Origin: Takakia lepidozioides
Lineage: Eukaryota > Plantae > Bryophyta
DNA length: 64,000 bases
NCBI GenBank assembly: GCA_030704615.1
Contig: CM060733.1
Location: 46,190,001 to 46,254,000 of the forward strand
Direction of reading: 5' to 3'
In this document: one piece after another, positions 11,442 to 23,869 of the stretch
Layout: each line of letters opens with the position of its first letter
Numbering within the stretch: position 1 is the first letter of the stretch
The notes under the pieces: generated by a model
Told to the model about the DNA's origin: nothing
Seen by the model: the letters and a program-made list of their open reading frames with translations, nothing else
The model's database searches: none
Program-made: the position numbers and the translations under genes

Positions 11442-11898
11442 GCCTACCGAAGAAGTCGGCTGAAGAAGCAAAGTATGGAATGACTTGAATTACCAAGCGG
11501 TAGCAACAAAAGATCGCAAAGATGAGTCTGCTGACCTCTAGGCGTTGGTCTTCTAAGTCAACCTGTTCACAAATATCTCATTTGTCTCAACTTACAATTC
11601 CACAATCTTCAAGAAGGATGCACAAGTGCAAACTCTAGTACTACACAGAAAATTATGACAACACTACACAGAAAAATCTAGGACAACCGACAGAGAACTC
11701 TAGCAGTACACAGAAAAATCTGTGACAACCGACAGAAAACTAGAGAGCACTCTAGAACATAAAAAGTGAGAAAGAGTGAGCGAGGGTTGAAATTTGACAA
11801 GAATAGAGATGAAAGATTAAATTGGTTACTGAAAGTTCTCCACCCAACAATAAGACCACAACATGTTGTACCACCCTCCGAGCTCTCCCTATATATAG

Positions 11899-12288
11899 GT
11901 TAAAAGCAGGTGTGGCGGATTCTGCCATTTTTTCGGCCTAATTCTCAGGCAGAATCGGCCACCCAGGGCAGAATCGGCAGGGATGGCCGATTACGCACAG
12001 AGGATGGCAGACTTACCACCGAGGCCCATGTCATCAGCCATCAACGCACCCTCCTACCCCTGAGGCTCGCCCGTTTATATCCTCTTGGGGGCTCTGAATC
12101 TGAGCAATCGATATGGGATAATCGAACCTCAATCATATTGCGCCACGTAGCGGCGAGAATCCGACACACCTGCTTTTAACGCCAGTGAACGGGCCGCGTT
12201 GGCCGACTCTGCCCTGTGCGCGGCCATAGGGCTCGCCCAAAGGCAGCTTACAGGGCAAAATCGGCCAAACACGGCCCCTTCTCTAGTA
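11899..12288. mobile_element. Transposon terminal region: 25-bp inverted repeat pair bounded by TTAA, plus a GC-rich hairpin ending ...CTCTAGTA
   Basis: 11899-11923 matches the reverse complement of 12156-12180 at 24/25. Imperfect hairpin 12189-12279. GGCAGAATCGGC-like motifs recur in both orientations. Confidence 0.55.
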
Positions 12289-13639
12289 CTCAAAGTCTAT
12301 TCTAGCAATAGCTGAGATAACTATAGCATAACTGCATGTTTAACTTGAGTTATCTCCAACTGCTATTCTAGTACTCTGACTTGAGTCATTAATAACTTGA
12401 GGCTTATCTATTGTAACTTTGACCGACACATCACACTAACTCTGAGTAACAATAACTTTACGGAGTTGATTTCCAGCTTGCTTGAGTTTACATGACGCAG
12501 AAAAGTGTGGGAAAAAAAACTGGGAAAAGAACGGAACCGAGATGCCCGAGAAAAATGAGAAGCAAACTGGGGTTGGTAATCTGGCACAGAGAGAGAAGAC
12601 TCCACCCAAAGCCGGCGTAAGTAAGAGCCACTTCACCTCACGGCTAGTGCCCCCTCTCGGGGGTGGGCCCTTTCTAAAAGATGTCCATAGGACACTAGGA
12701 GCCTAGAGCAGCAAGGTACCTTGGATACCAAGAGCCAGATAAGGGTTAGATTCGAGTTTAGGTTTGTTAGTAATTATGGGTGTGAAGGAGCGGAGTTAGT
12801 AATAATGGCTGTGAGGGAGCGGAGTTAGTAATAATGGCTATGAAGGAGCGGAGGGCGGTCAGGTGTATTGCTTTGAGGTGTATTGCTTTGAAACATTGAG
12901 AGGATAGGGAGTTTAAAGTTAGTGTGTAGTGCATCGATACTGGCGTTATGCATGCCGCCTTCAGTGCCAGCACTGATAACCGTCAAAGGACCATTGACCC
13001 AGCCTTTCCGCGGAGCGCAAGGATAAGTGGCGCATATTTTAGCCGTTTGTCTAGCATTGAGTTAGCGGGGTTTCAATCATGGCAGTATGTGAACTCAATA
13101 AAGTGGATGGTAATCTGGCACATCCGCAACTGTCACCTGGATATCAATAGGAGAATGTTGAATCCACCGGTGCAGTCATTCCACATAGCTCTAGGGGCCT
13201 TGTTTCCGAACCTAATAAATTTTAGTACAGGTTCTTTTGTTTGTGAGACCATCAACTATGAAAGACTGAAATGCTTCATGTATTTTGAATTTTTTTTCCC
13301 ACACATCTTTTTGGTGGAATCAGGCTGCCTGAAAACTTTATCCTTCTTCTACCCAGCACTCATCTGATGAACACTGGCATCTTTGCTGCGGGATACGGAA
13401 GAGCGCTCCATGATGTTTCCTGTATCTCCCTCCAGGGATGCAATTGGCCCTTGTAAACGAGCTACATGTTGTAGCCAATTACCTCATTTTTTGTGGTTTA
13501 CACGCTTACAGCAGTGTTGGTCGGATGTAGACCCATCCGGATATCAGTGCTCTTGGTGTTTTTGTTTTTTTGAGCATTCTCTCTGCACACATAAGCTGTG
13601 GTTCAGCAGCTGTGTAAGTCCAATGGAACCCAAAGCGAC

Positions 13640-16600
13640 TTGCATGAATGTTGGTGAAAGCTCACTACCACCCCTCCGTAAAGGAACTTGGTGCTGTCGG
13701 ATTTTCGGGCTACTTTGGAGCACGGAGCAGAGTTCATATGAGTTTTGTAAAGATCCTTCACGATAGTGGGACAGCCGCAATCGCAAGGTGCGGCTTTTTC
13801 TTAATGTACGCTGTGAGAAGAAGTTTGTCCTTCCTGCAAATGTGGGGTTCTTTTCTCTTCCTGTTAGTATCATGATCTGGTTAATTTTCCTTGGTGGTTG
13901 GTTACAAGGTACTTGGGAGGATCAGATAACAGAGATGAGGCGCAGCTTTGGAATGATTACTTTCCAGACCCCAGTCAAAAATGGTGGGGCAATCGAGGCA
14001 AAAAGATGAATGCATGTTGGATTACAGAGAGAAGCAGATGCAATTCAGGTATAGAACTAGTGTGATAAGTAGGGTTGGGGTGTTTGCTGGAAGAGCTCTA
14101 CCCTGTCATTGTCAGCTGCTAGCAGCGAGGCAAGGATGTACGCATGATTTGTGCAGAGGCAGGGATAGCTGAAGGAGCAGGGATAGAGTGTTGGGTCCAG
14201 ATTCAACCAAGAGGGCTGGATTGCAAACACAAGATTACTTACGATTCCCTGTGGATCAATAGCTACAAGAAACCTGCATGGGTAGATGGTCAACTGGAAG
14301 CAGCAGCGGCAGCAGCACAATTGATAAAACCAGGCACTGCTAATGAAGGCACCTTCTTCAACACATTTCAGCCTGTTCTTCCCTCTTATCAGACTCATGA
14401 ATTTTGCAAGTTAGCTCATTGGATGGATCTATGGGGGTTTGGAGTGTTTGACTTGTGGCAGCAGGAAAGTATCCAAAATCAAATAACAGAGATGAGGAGA
14501 AACTTTGGAATGAATCCTTTTCCGACCCCAGTCAATGGTGGGACAATCGAGCCAAAAAGGTGAATGCCTGTTGGATTACAGAGAGAAGCAGATGCAGTTC
14601 AGATATGACACTAGTGTGATAAGTAGGGTTGGGGTGTTTGCTGGAAGAAGGCCGGATTTCAAGCACAAGATTACCTATGATTCCCTGTGGATCAATAGCT
14701 ACAAGAAACCTGCATGGGTAGATGGTCAACTGGAAGCAGCGGCGGCAGTGGCACAGCTGATAAAATCAGGCACCTCCACCATGACCACACCTTCTGACAG
14801 AGGACCAAGAGAGGGAGTCCATAATGCCTCTTCTGGGACTTCTGGGCATGTGAAGATGCTTTGTGAGGCAGGCAGACTGACAGAGGCTCTACAGACCTTA
14901 AACCAAGGAGGCATTTCAGCAGATTCAGAGACGTATGTCTGTCTCTTGCATACGTGCATCAAGACGAAAGGCCTGGAAGCTGGAAAGCAGGTACATGCTC
15001 ACATTATCCATAGTGGATTCAAGCCAAACGTTTTTCTACACAACACCCTTGTCAACATGTATGTTAAGTGCGGGAGCATCATGGATGCTCACCAAGTGTT
15101 CAACAGAATGCCTCAACGATCTTTGATCACATGGAATATAATGTTGGCGCATGGGTGTGATACGAATGCTTTGGAGACCTATGACCAAATGATGCGGGAA
15201 GGGGTGAAGCCCAACCACATCACGTTTGTTTGCGTTTGCAATGCCTGTGCGAGCCTGGCAGCCCTGGAAAAGGGCAAAGAGGTCCATGGTGACATCGTCA
15301 AAGCTGGAATTGTACCAGATGTCATTCTGAACAGCACCCTTGTGGACATGTATGCCAAATGTGGGTGCATCGAGGATGCAAAGGCAGTGTTCGACAATAT
15401 GGCTGAATGAAATGTGGTATAGTGGAGCACGATGATCGCAGGATATGCACAGCAGGGGCGCGGGATGGAGGCTTTGGAGACCTATGAGCAAATGCTGCAG
15501 GAAGGGGTGAAGCCCAACCGCATCACATTTGTTTGCGTTTGCAGTGCGTGTGCCATCTGGTAGCTCTGGAAAAGGGCAAAGAGATCAATGGTGACATCGT
15601 CAAAGCTGGAATTGTATCTCATTCTGAACACTGCCCTGGTGGACATGTATGCCAATGTGGGAGCATGGAGGATGCAAAGGGAGTGTTCAACAATATGCCT
15701 GAACTAGATGTGGTGTCATGGAATGAAATGATTGCAGGATATGCCCAGCATGGTTGTCATAGGGAGGCCCTGCAACTATTTGAAGGAATGCAAAAGAAAG
15801 GCTTGAAGCCGAACAGTATCACCTTTACACGTGTTCTCTCTGCGTGCAGCCACACTGGCCTACTGGATGAAGGAAGATGCTACTTTGATTCCCTGAGTCA
15901 AGATAATGGTGTCTCTCCAACAGTAAAGCACTTTGGCTGCATGGTGGACCTTCTTGGACGTGCGGGGCGATTGGATGAGGCCGAGGACCTCATTAGAAAA
16001 ATGCCAATGAAGCCAAATGCTATGGTTTGGAGGGCCTTGCTCGGTGCCTGCAGAATCCATGGCAATGTGGAGATGGCTGAACGTGCGGCAACATTTATGC
16101 TCAAGTGGGATGAACAGGATGCTGCGACTTATGTGTTGCTATCAAACATCTATGCTGCAGCTGGCAGGTGGGATGATAGTGCAAAGGTGAGAAAAATGAT
16201 GAAGGTGAGAGGGGTTAGAAAGGAGCCCGGTTACTGCTGCATTGAGGTTGGCAAGAAGGTGCACACCATTGTGGTAGATGACAAATTGCATCCCAAAATG
16301 AAGGAAATCCATGCTGAGCTGAGAAGATTGTCTGGGCAGATGAAGGAGGCGGGGTATGTGCCTGACACACGCTTTGTATTGCATGATGTTGGGGAGGAGC
16401 AAAAGGAGTTTTCTCTTTGCCACCACAGTGAGAAGCTGGCCATTGCTTTTGGGCTGATCAGCACACCCCATAGGACGCCTCTCCGTCTCATCAAGAATCT
16501 TCGGGTGTGTGGTGACTGCCACACCTCCACCAAATTCATCGCAAAGATTGTTGGTCGAGCAATTGTTGTACGGGACGCTAACCGCTTTCACCACTTTGAA

Positions 16601-16800
16601 GATGGATTTTGTTCTTGTGGGGATTACTGGTGAAAAGATGTTTTTTCTGGAAAGGTGCAAGTGTCTTGCTTCATTCATTGAACTGTGTAGCTACTCAGTC
16701 AATCCACCATTTCCTGAGAATATTGCATTTCCTGTAGCAAATCCACAGGAAATGATAGTGGGGTCTACCCAGCATAGGTGGGATGTCAGCCCATAATTAT
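13640..16800 (+). repeat. Left arm of a large inverted segmental duplication (partner ~39255-43270)
   Basis: Upstream blocks (e.g. KILH..GT.AIARCGF; EGTFFNTFQPVLPSYQ), the PPR gene and 3' flank 16634-16800 all match the reverse complement of the partner. There is also an internal tandem duplication, ~13920-14340 vs ~14470-14770. Confidence 0.85.
14535..16633 (+). pseudogene. PLS-class PPR-DYW gene with premature stops and frameshifts; the P2-L2-S2-E-DYW portion is still an open frame
   Basis: ORF 14535-15410 ends at TGA (CGA in the paralog), with another TAG near 15420 and frameshifts at ~15540-15660. ORF to 16633 keeps the PG box, HSEKLA, CGDCH and terminal DYW. Confidence 0.9.
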
Positions 16801-19160
16801 ACTTGACTGAAGGAGTGATTTTGACCGACTCTGGTGATAGCGGAAGAAAATCAGAGTGCTGTCCCAATTCTGGTGTGGGTGGTGGATCTTCTCCAAAGCT
16901 TGAAGATGCAAGTGCATACGGTTTGTAATGAGCTTGATTAGAGGGGCACTCCTGTGCACAAGTTTGTTGAGCATCTTTAAATTTAGACATGTTTGTATGT
17001 TTCTCTTCTGCTGCTTCAGATAGAGCCCTTGACTAACTTGCCTGGATGTTGTCGAAAGCTAGCCTTAACCTACCAGGATCCCATCCCATGGTGGCCGCTT
17101 GAAAGTTCATATAGTCATTGTAATGGTATTTGGGTGTTCTGTTGTTGATTGATGCGGCTTTACTCCCTCACACTGTAACATCGGTTTGTGCATGTTGGAG
17201 TTCAAGGTTGGGGGGACAAAGTCCACCTACTCCACCCACTTCAGAGCACAATTGCCAAGTTCGAGACCAGATTTGGGAGCATGTATGAAACAATTGTGCA
17301 TAGTTTCATGCAACAATCGGCGATACTGCTACTGTACATGGAAGCAGGTGCTGATCGCTGGCTTAACGCCCAGTATTCTCAATGACTACTTGAGCTGCCT
17401 ATCTCAAAAAGCCCTCCTAAAATCCACTTCATCAAGAAAAGTGAACGTCCTTTTCTCTTGTCCCAGTAACCGCAGACATTTCAACTTTGAACCCAAAAAT
17501 TACTAATGGGCGAAGCTCTTGTTCCATCATGTCGGTGCAAGTAATATTGATGAACTTAACCAAACTATGGGATATGTGAAGAGCGAGAGGAAGATATACT
17601 TGTTGTTGGGCGTTGTCATCACAAGGACCCACTCTGTCTTGTAGTGAGACGTGGTGCAATGCTCAACTGTCATGCCAAAGGTGGGATTCTCGTTTCCTGA
17701 GTAGGGCATGGAAATTTTGGTGGAAAGTAGTAGGCAGATAGGATAGTAGGTAGAGAACTCTTGGGATTCTCAACTCATCACTAGCCTTTCATCCAAACAC
17801 TATTCGAACCCTGGAAGATCAGTTGAAAGTCTGCTCAAGTTTTGAGACAACATTTTGAGAATACCATAAAAGCTTCATATAAAAGACCCACATGAGGTGA
17901 TTGTCCAAGAGATAACAAGAACCTCTAAGTAGAGAAGAAGTACAGCCCCATGAATAAACAAATGGAATGTGAAGACAAAAAGCAAATCAAACCAATCTAA
18001 CAAGACAGACAAGAGAAAAGAAGGTTGGTTAGAAAGAGGTGGCATGGGAGGCCAGAGGAAGCTGCCCTTTTTTTGCTGTACGATGAGCACAGGATGTCGG
18101 CCCGGCCCGAGTAGCTAAGAGTTGTTTCACCTTTTGTCGGGAGTGGGCCCTATAAATTCCAAAACAAACCAATTTTAGCAAGGGTGGGAGATGGTGAGTT
18201 TGCTTGAGTTTGAGTTTGTTATCGATAAATGGCAGTGAGAGAGCGTATGGCTGTGTGTGAGGTGGATTTGTTTTAGGCAGCTAGTGGAGGCAGGGGTGGA
18301 GGGAGTATTGGGAGATGTTGTGGGTATGAATGCCACCACCGACACCGCCCATGATGACGATGAAGGGGGCAATTTGTGTAGGGTGAGGCCATCGGACCGG
18401 GGGTTCCTGAAACTCGGGGTGGTTACGAGGCGGTTTTAGGAAGGGCCTCTGTCCTCGGGCTTCACCCTGCCTAAAGAAACAGAAATAGAAACAACAAGGA
18501 TTTTGCATTTCGATACCTGCGATTCTCTTGATCGGACTGCTCACAAGAGGGAAGCACCTTACGCGACAGGAAGCGGTGGGCATTGGGTGCCTGTTTTGTA
18601 ATTTTATTCTGAGATGAAAGCTGTCTTTCCCTTGTCTTCTTCCGCCACTTGCACTTGGTTATATCCACTGAAGCCATCCATGATTCTCGTGTGCCTAATT
18701 CTAAAACATTATAGCATGAAGATGCCTAATGTGAGAAATGGTTTTCAAAACGTGCCTAATTTGCTGATTGATTGAATTTATTATTAGGCACAAAATGCCT
18801 AAACAGTTGTCCAGGGTTTGATAATGGCCACCGGTTACTGTTATCTTCATGTTAACAACTAGATTAAAGATAGGGTTGGGTGAGATGGCATAAGTGGGTT
18901 GGAAACACTGTTGGGCGGATATAGAGCCATCATGATATCAAGGTAGTGAGAACCGGAATTGGATTAGATACCGATGGATAAGAGAGAAAGAAAGAAAGAA
19001 AGATTATATACCTATTGTAATACCCAATCAAACATCCATCAATACCCGGTTCATATCCGCCCCCAAAATAATAAGCAGCTGCATACCTAGACGTGTCATT
19101 GTCAGGTTGAAACCAACTATATATATATATATATATATATATCCCAATGATCATTGAGAC

Positions 19161-19616
19161 CAATGTTGTATTGGTATCAGTTTTACGACATACCAGACTG
19201 GTCCTGGTAGGAGACGTATCGCAAAACTTTCATACCAGTCTGGTCCATATAATAATAGATGTATATTTTTCCAGATATTAGTATGAGTATCCTGACCACA
19301 ATACCAGCTGGTATGAGATATCAATTCTGGTATCATTCCAAAGCCATCATTGAATAACAAGTTTATCAAATAGCAAGTATCAAGTGAAAACAAATATAGA
19401 AATAAATATACATAAGTAGTATAGTATACACACCAAAGTAAATGAGGAAAAGGGGGGGGGGGGGTCCTGGTATTGTGGCTGGTATGAAAAAACTGATAAC
19501 AGCCTGGTACTGGTATATGACCAAGTATTCTCCCAAATTATACCGTGTGGTATCTAATACCAGTGCATATACCTGTGCACATACCAGGCAATATCCTATA
19601 TACCGGTACAAAATTG
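19161..19616. mobile_element. Non-autonomous hAT-like element
   Basis: Termini CAATGTTGTATTGGTA and TACCGGTACAAAATTG. 8-bp TSD ATTGAGAC (19153-19160) / GTTGAGAC (19617-19624), 7/8 identical. Confidence 0.75.
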
Positions 19617-20143
19617 GTTGAGACCTGAGGGTGATCCTGCTGGCATGTGATGGAATGTCATTTGGCTAGGAATTACGCAAACTGATCACTCAGTCAGTCA
19701 GCTGAATTAGCTTGAATGGCTTGCTTCTCTTCCCTCCCTGCTTTGTCCTTTCCCAGTTTTGGGGTTTTTCTCTCCTATGTTCAAATACCTCACGTTTCTG
19801 TAAATTTATTAATGGGATAGTAGCTTCTCTATTTTAAGCCTTCACAACTTCCCCCAAGTTATTTTTTCCTCAGCTTTTCCATCTTTATACAGTTTCCAAG
19901 GCCTTTGTCTCCCATATTTCAAAAACATTAAAAAAGAAAAACGAAGTCACACATCATTTTTTATTTTTTATAGTGGGTCATATTGCACATTTTTTCGTTG
20001 AAAGATGATTAAATAGAATAAAAACATCTGTTTGCGATGCCTTAGGCTCCCCTTACTACAATACAATCACCTATGATGAGTACATGCACTAATCCAACTA
20101 GTTATTAGTTTCAGTGTTAATAAGATATGCCCAACATATCATG

Positions 20144-20241
20144 GTTCCGATAGAGCCCACCCCTGAAGCATTACCCGCGTGGGGAAGAGGCTCTTATTTA
20201 CGCTAGCTTCGGCTGGCGTCATATATATATATGTATATGCC
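20144..20241 (+). mobile_element. ~95-bp retroposon-like element, copy 1
   Basis: 16-bp direct repeat TGCCCAACATATCATG at 20128-20143 and 20242-20257. 3' hairpin acgctagc-TTCG-gctggcgt followed by a (TA)n tail. Homologous to 23775-23869. Confidence 0.7.
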
Positions 20242-20569
20242 TGCCCAACATATCATGAATCATGTTCAAGTGCCTAAGCAATTGTCAATGTCTACGAGGA
20301 TGATTTTTGTCAAGATGACTTTTGCCTTAACTTATGGTGTCACTTCACTTTGAAGGACTACTTCGTTATGTGCACTTGAGCAGGTAGCCCATGCTTGGGT
20401 ATTTGCTCTGCATAATCTGGGTGATCTTAGGTTCAATCCTTCAAGTACATGTGCCTTCAACCGTCCTTTGGCCGCTCGATGGGCTGAGTGTTGAGCAGTA
20501 GGCTCAGTATTTCACTGGATGTTAAGCAAACCTTATTTTTATTTTTAATTTTGTTTGGAAGGTAAACAC

Positions 20570-21170
20570 CAATGTTGTATTGGTATGTCCATTTTGACAT
20601 ACCAGACTGGTCCTGGTAGGTCCAACTGGTAGGGCCCAGTGTAGGTTATAGGAGGGGTATGGATATTTCCAATTTTAGATAGGTACCTTGGTCCTAAGCA
20701 TGGGTACAAAAAACTCAAATGAGATAGCGGGGCGGATACAAAAGGTAAAAAAAAAATTGCAATCACACATACTCATGCAAACTAACTTGTACTGCTCATA
20801 AATTAGCGAAGGTCTTTGTATTGTAAGGCTGGATTGTAGCAAATGGGAGAAAAGCTGGATGCCATGACAAAAACTGAAGAAAAACCCTACACATTGTACC
20901 TTGCATGCCATACTTGTCCGCTGACCAATTTATGCCACAACTACTATCCCTCCTATCTCAAACACCCCTCATAGATACCATACCAATCACCTGGTGGAGC
21001 AATACTGCGGTTGCGAACCTGTACTGGTATGTGCCAGTCGAGTATGTAGTATGTACAAGGATATAGGTAAGGGTATGCCGAAACCAACCTGGCTGGTATG
21101 TCATGCAACCTATACATCTGGTGTGTGTAGAAGTTAACGTCTAGGGTTCCAAACATGCCCAACTACACTG
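20570..21170. mobile_element. Non-autonomous hAT-like element A
   Basis: Imperfect TIR CAATGTTGTATTGG / CCCAACTACACTG. Flanked by GTAAACAC at 20562-20569 and 21171-21178. Left end nearly identical to the 19161 element. Confidence 0.75.
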
Positions 21171-21178
21171 GTAAACAC

Positions 21179-22500
21179 CGGTGTTGTGCGGGTACCCGCC
21201 TATTGGAACCGGCGGTTCCGGTTCCTGGGAACCGGTATTGGAAACGGCGCCCAGGAACGGAACCGGGGGAGCAGGGACGAGCCGGTTCCAGAACCGGAAC
21301 CGGCGGGTATGGGTTTTTCCAGGAACCGGCTAGGAACCGGAACCGCCGGGTCAGTGGCAGTTCCGGATCCAGTTCCCATTTTTTTTTCCGCGATCTGTCG
21401 TCTCTCACCTCCAATCTGCGCGATCTGGGGGGTTGGTACCGTGTGAGCACAACCCGTGGTCATAGGGGTTAAATGTTTTCAAACCTCTGTCATAAGAATT
21501 ACATGTTAACAGGCATGGTGCATATGAGTACCTTCAGATTTATTTTCTCAGTGCGAAAATAACTTTTCTAGGGCTTAAACTGCCGATACCCGGACTGAAA
21601 ACCACGTTTTTTGTTTTTCTGGGGTATCCGGTTCGCGTAACGTGAGGAAACCCTACGCCTATAGGGTAGCATGTTTATCGTGTATAGGTGTTAATTGTTT
21701 CTTAAGTGATGTTGTGAGGGTATGTGAGCAGTTAAAAAAAAGTTTCGCAAAGTTTTTAGTTTCTCAATTCTAGTTTCGTTGGAGAATATTCAAAAGGCAT
21801 CTAGGGAATATCCTCAATATTCGCTTGTGCTCACGTGAGCATGCTCAAGCGCTACCCAACCTCCGCGATCTGCTGCAGTAGCGTGACTTCAGTGCGGGGA
21901 GGGAGCGGCGCCTCAGCAAGTGGGGGAGGCCGGGGGGAGGTAGCAGCGTAGGTAGCGGGGTTTTTTTTTTTTCGTCTTACACATTGTATTGTCTCTCGTG
22001 TTGGTGAGCTCTTCCATGAACGAGTTTTTGAACAGTGAGGAAGTCCTCTTAGATGACAACGAGGAGTTGATGGCAGAGGCCGAGTTGTTTGAGATAAAAT
22101 GATTTCTTTGTGTACTCTACACACATTGATTTATACTCGCTTACATTGCATTATTATTATTTCATAAATTTGTATATGAATGTTGTGTTGTTTCTTTTCA
22201 ACATGGTCAAAATATTTGATATAACTAATGGGGATTCACAAATCATTTTCAGATTTATAAAAAGCAAATCAAATATAATATATATTCAAAAATAGAGAAC
22301 TGCAACCGGAAATTGGAACCGGCGGTTCCTTCCCAAAAAATACCCGGAACCGGAACTGGAATCTGCTCATGAATTTTGGAACCGGAACCGGAATCACTTC
22401 ATAAAAAAGAACCGGATCCGGAACCGGAACCGCCTCTTTAAATATACCAATGAACCGGAACCGGAGGTTCCTTCAATATGGCAAGAACCGCACAACACTG
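21179..22500. mobile_element. Non-autonomous hAT-like element B
   Basis: TIR CGGTGTTGTGCGG / CCGCACAACACTG. Dense GGAACCGG subterminal repeats at both ends. Perfect 8-bp TSD GTAAACAC (21171-21178, 22501-22508). Confidence 0.9.
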
Positions 22501-23774
22501 GTAAACACCTTACAACGGCCGTAACTAGGGCAATGTGGGGAGGGTTAAGTAACTCTTGATCCAATACCCCTTTTTTCTCAACAAAGCTTAAAGAGCCAAC
22601 GCTGCCTGATTCCGACGAAAGTACTGTCACATCGTCTACATTAAATTCTCACATTATTCTTTTTGTTTTCTCCAGAAAATATATTTCAAATCAAAATGAA
22701 ATAAACATTGAATTTTGGGAGAATTTGAACATCGTTCTCGGAAGTTGTCAATAGTGCGGAGCAACAAACAACCCTGGTAGAATAAAACTGTAAAACATAG
22801 GGCGGTAGCGAAAAAAATGGTGGGTAGCTTGGTTGGGTGCATGATTGATAGTGTTATGGTGTGGAGTTCAAATCTCAGAGGAGATGTGCTCCAATTATTG
22901 AATGATCTTAAGAAGACAACATAACATTTTTGGATCTGAAAAAAAATTCTAAGTCCACTGAAGCGGATCTCTACTCCCATGGGGCCTGTTCCCGCATATA
23001 TATCGCTCCCCTGCTTCTGCTCCTGTTCCGTGTGCCTACTACTCCTCTGTCACTTCTCCGTGCTCCATCGGAAGGAGGGAGCTGGGTCCAAGAACATGCG
23101 AGCGGGGAGCGCTAACAAGGGAGCAGTAACACAGGGGAGCAGGGAGCAATAACAGGGGCATAACAAAAGAGAGCAATAGTAGGGAGCATTGGAGCAGGAA
23201 CAAGGGAGTCACTAAGCTAGAGCAAAGGAGCCGGAGTGGGAACTTGCGGCGGACAGGGGTGGGGATTTGACCGCAGACCTCTCCAGCTAGCACGGGTGAT
23301 GGTGCCGGCCGGCAAGGCTCCATGCACGCTTTTCCTATGTCTAGTGCAAACTGCAAACCGTATTTGAGTGGGCTGGGTTGTGTGAAGCCCAAATTCGGCA
23401 AATTGGGTTTGATTGCTTGAGGGTTAAAGTTCAAAATCTTGAGGGTTTAACTGGATTTTTGGTCTTCGAACACATGTAGGAAAAAATATATCCGGATGAC
23501 CATATGCTTACTGATATCATACTTCTCACACTTTCAATTAAGTTGTCATAGTTTTTGGCATACGGCCAATACAAAAAATTCACATTCATTCCAAAGTGCA
23601 CAATCGCCGAGTTAGCCTCCAAATGGGCACCTTTTTCCCAAACCAGGAATCGATGGCCGCAGTAGGTTGATATAAGATTAAATCCATTCAATTGAGACCT
23701 CTTCCTTCCAAAAGCCCGGCATTGGATTCCATTCGCATTTGCATTCAGATCAAGTTGTTGTTGTTTTTGTTGTC

Positions 23775-23869
23775 AATAGAGCCCACCTCCGAAAGCAGGC
23801 AGTACCCACAACCCACAACAAGAAGAGGCTCTTATTTATGCTAACTTCGGTTGGCGTCATATACATATA
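23775..23869 (+). mobile_element. ~95-bp retroposon-like element, copy 2
   Basis: Same start ATAGAGCCCAC, TTCG hairpin and TA-rich tail as copy 1. 8-bp direct repeat TTGTTGTC at 23767-23774 and 23870-23877. Confidence 0.65.

Noticed and set aside
15400-15425. Stop codons rescued by U-to-C RNA editing
   Set aside because: Such editing is organellar. This is a nuclear gene that also has frameshifts, and CGA>TGA is simply explained by CpG deamination.
21155-21472. Overlapping ORFs rich in R/N/G/T/P
   Set aside because: Artefacts of the GGAACCGG subterminal repeats of the hAT element.
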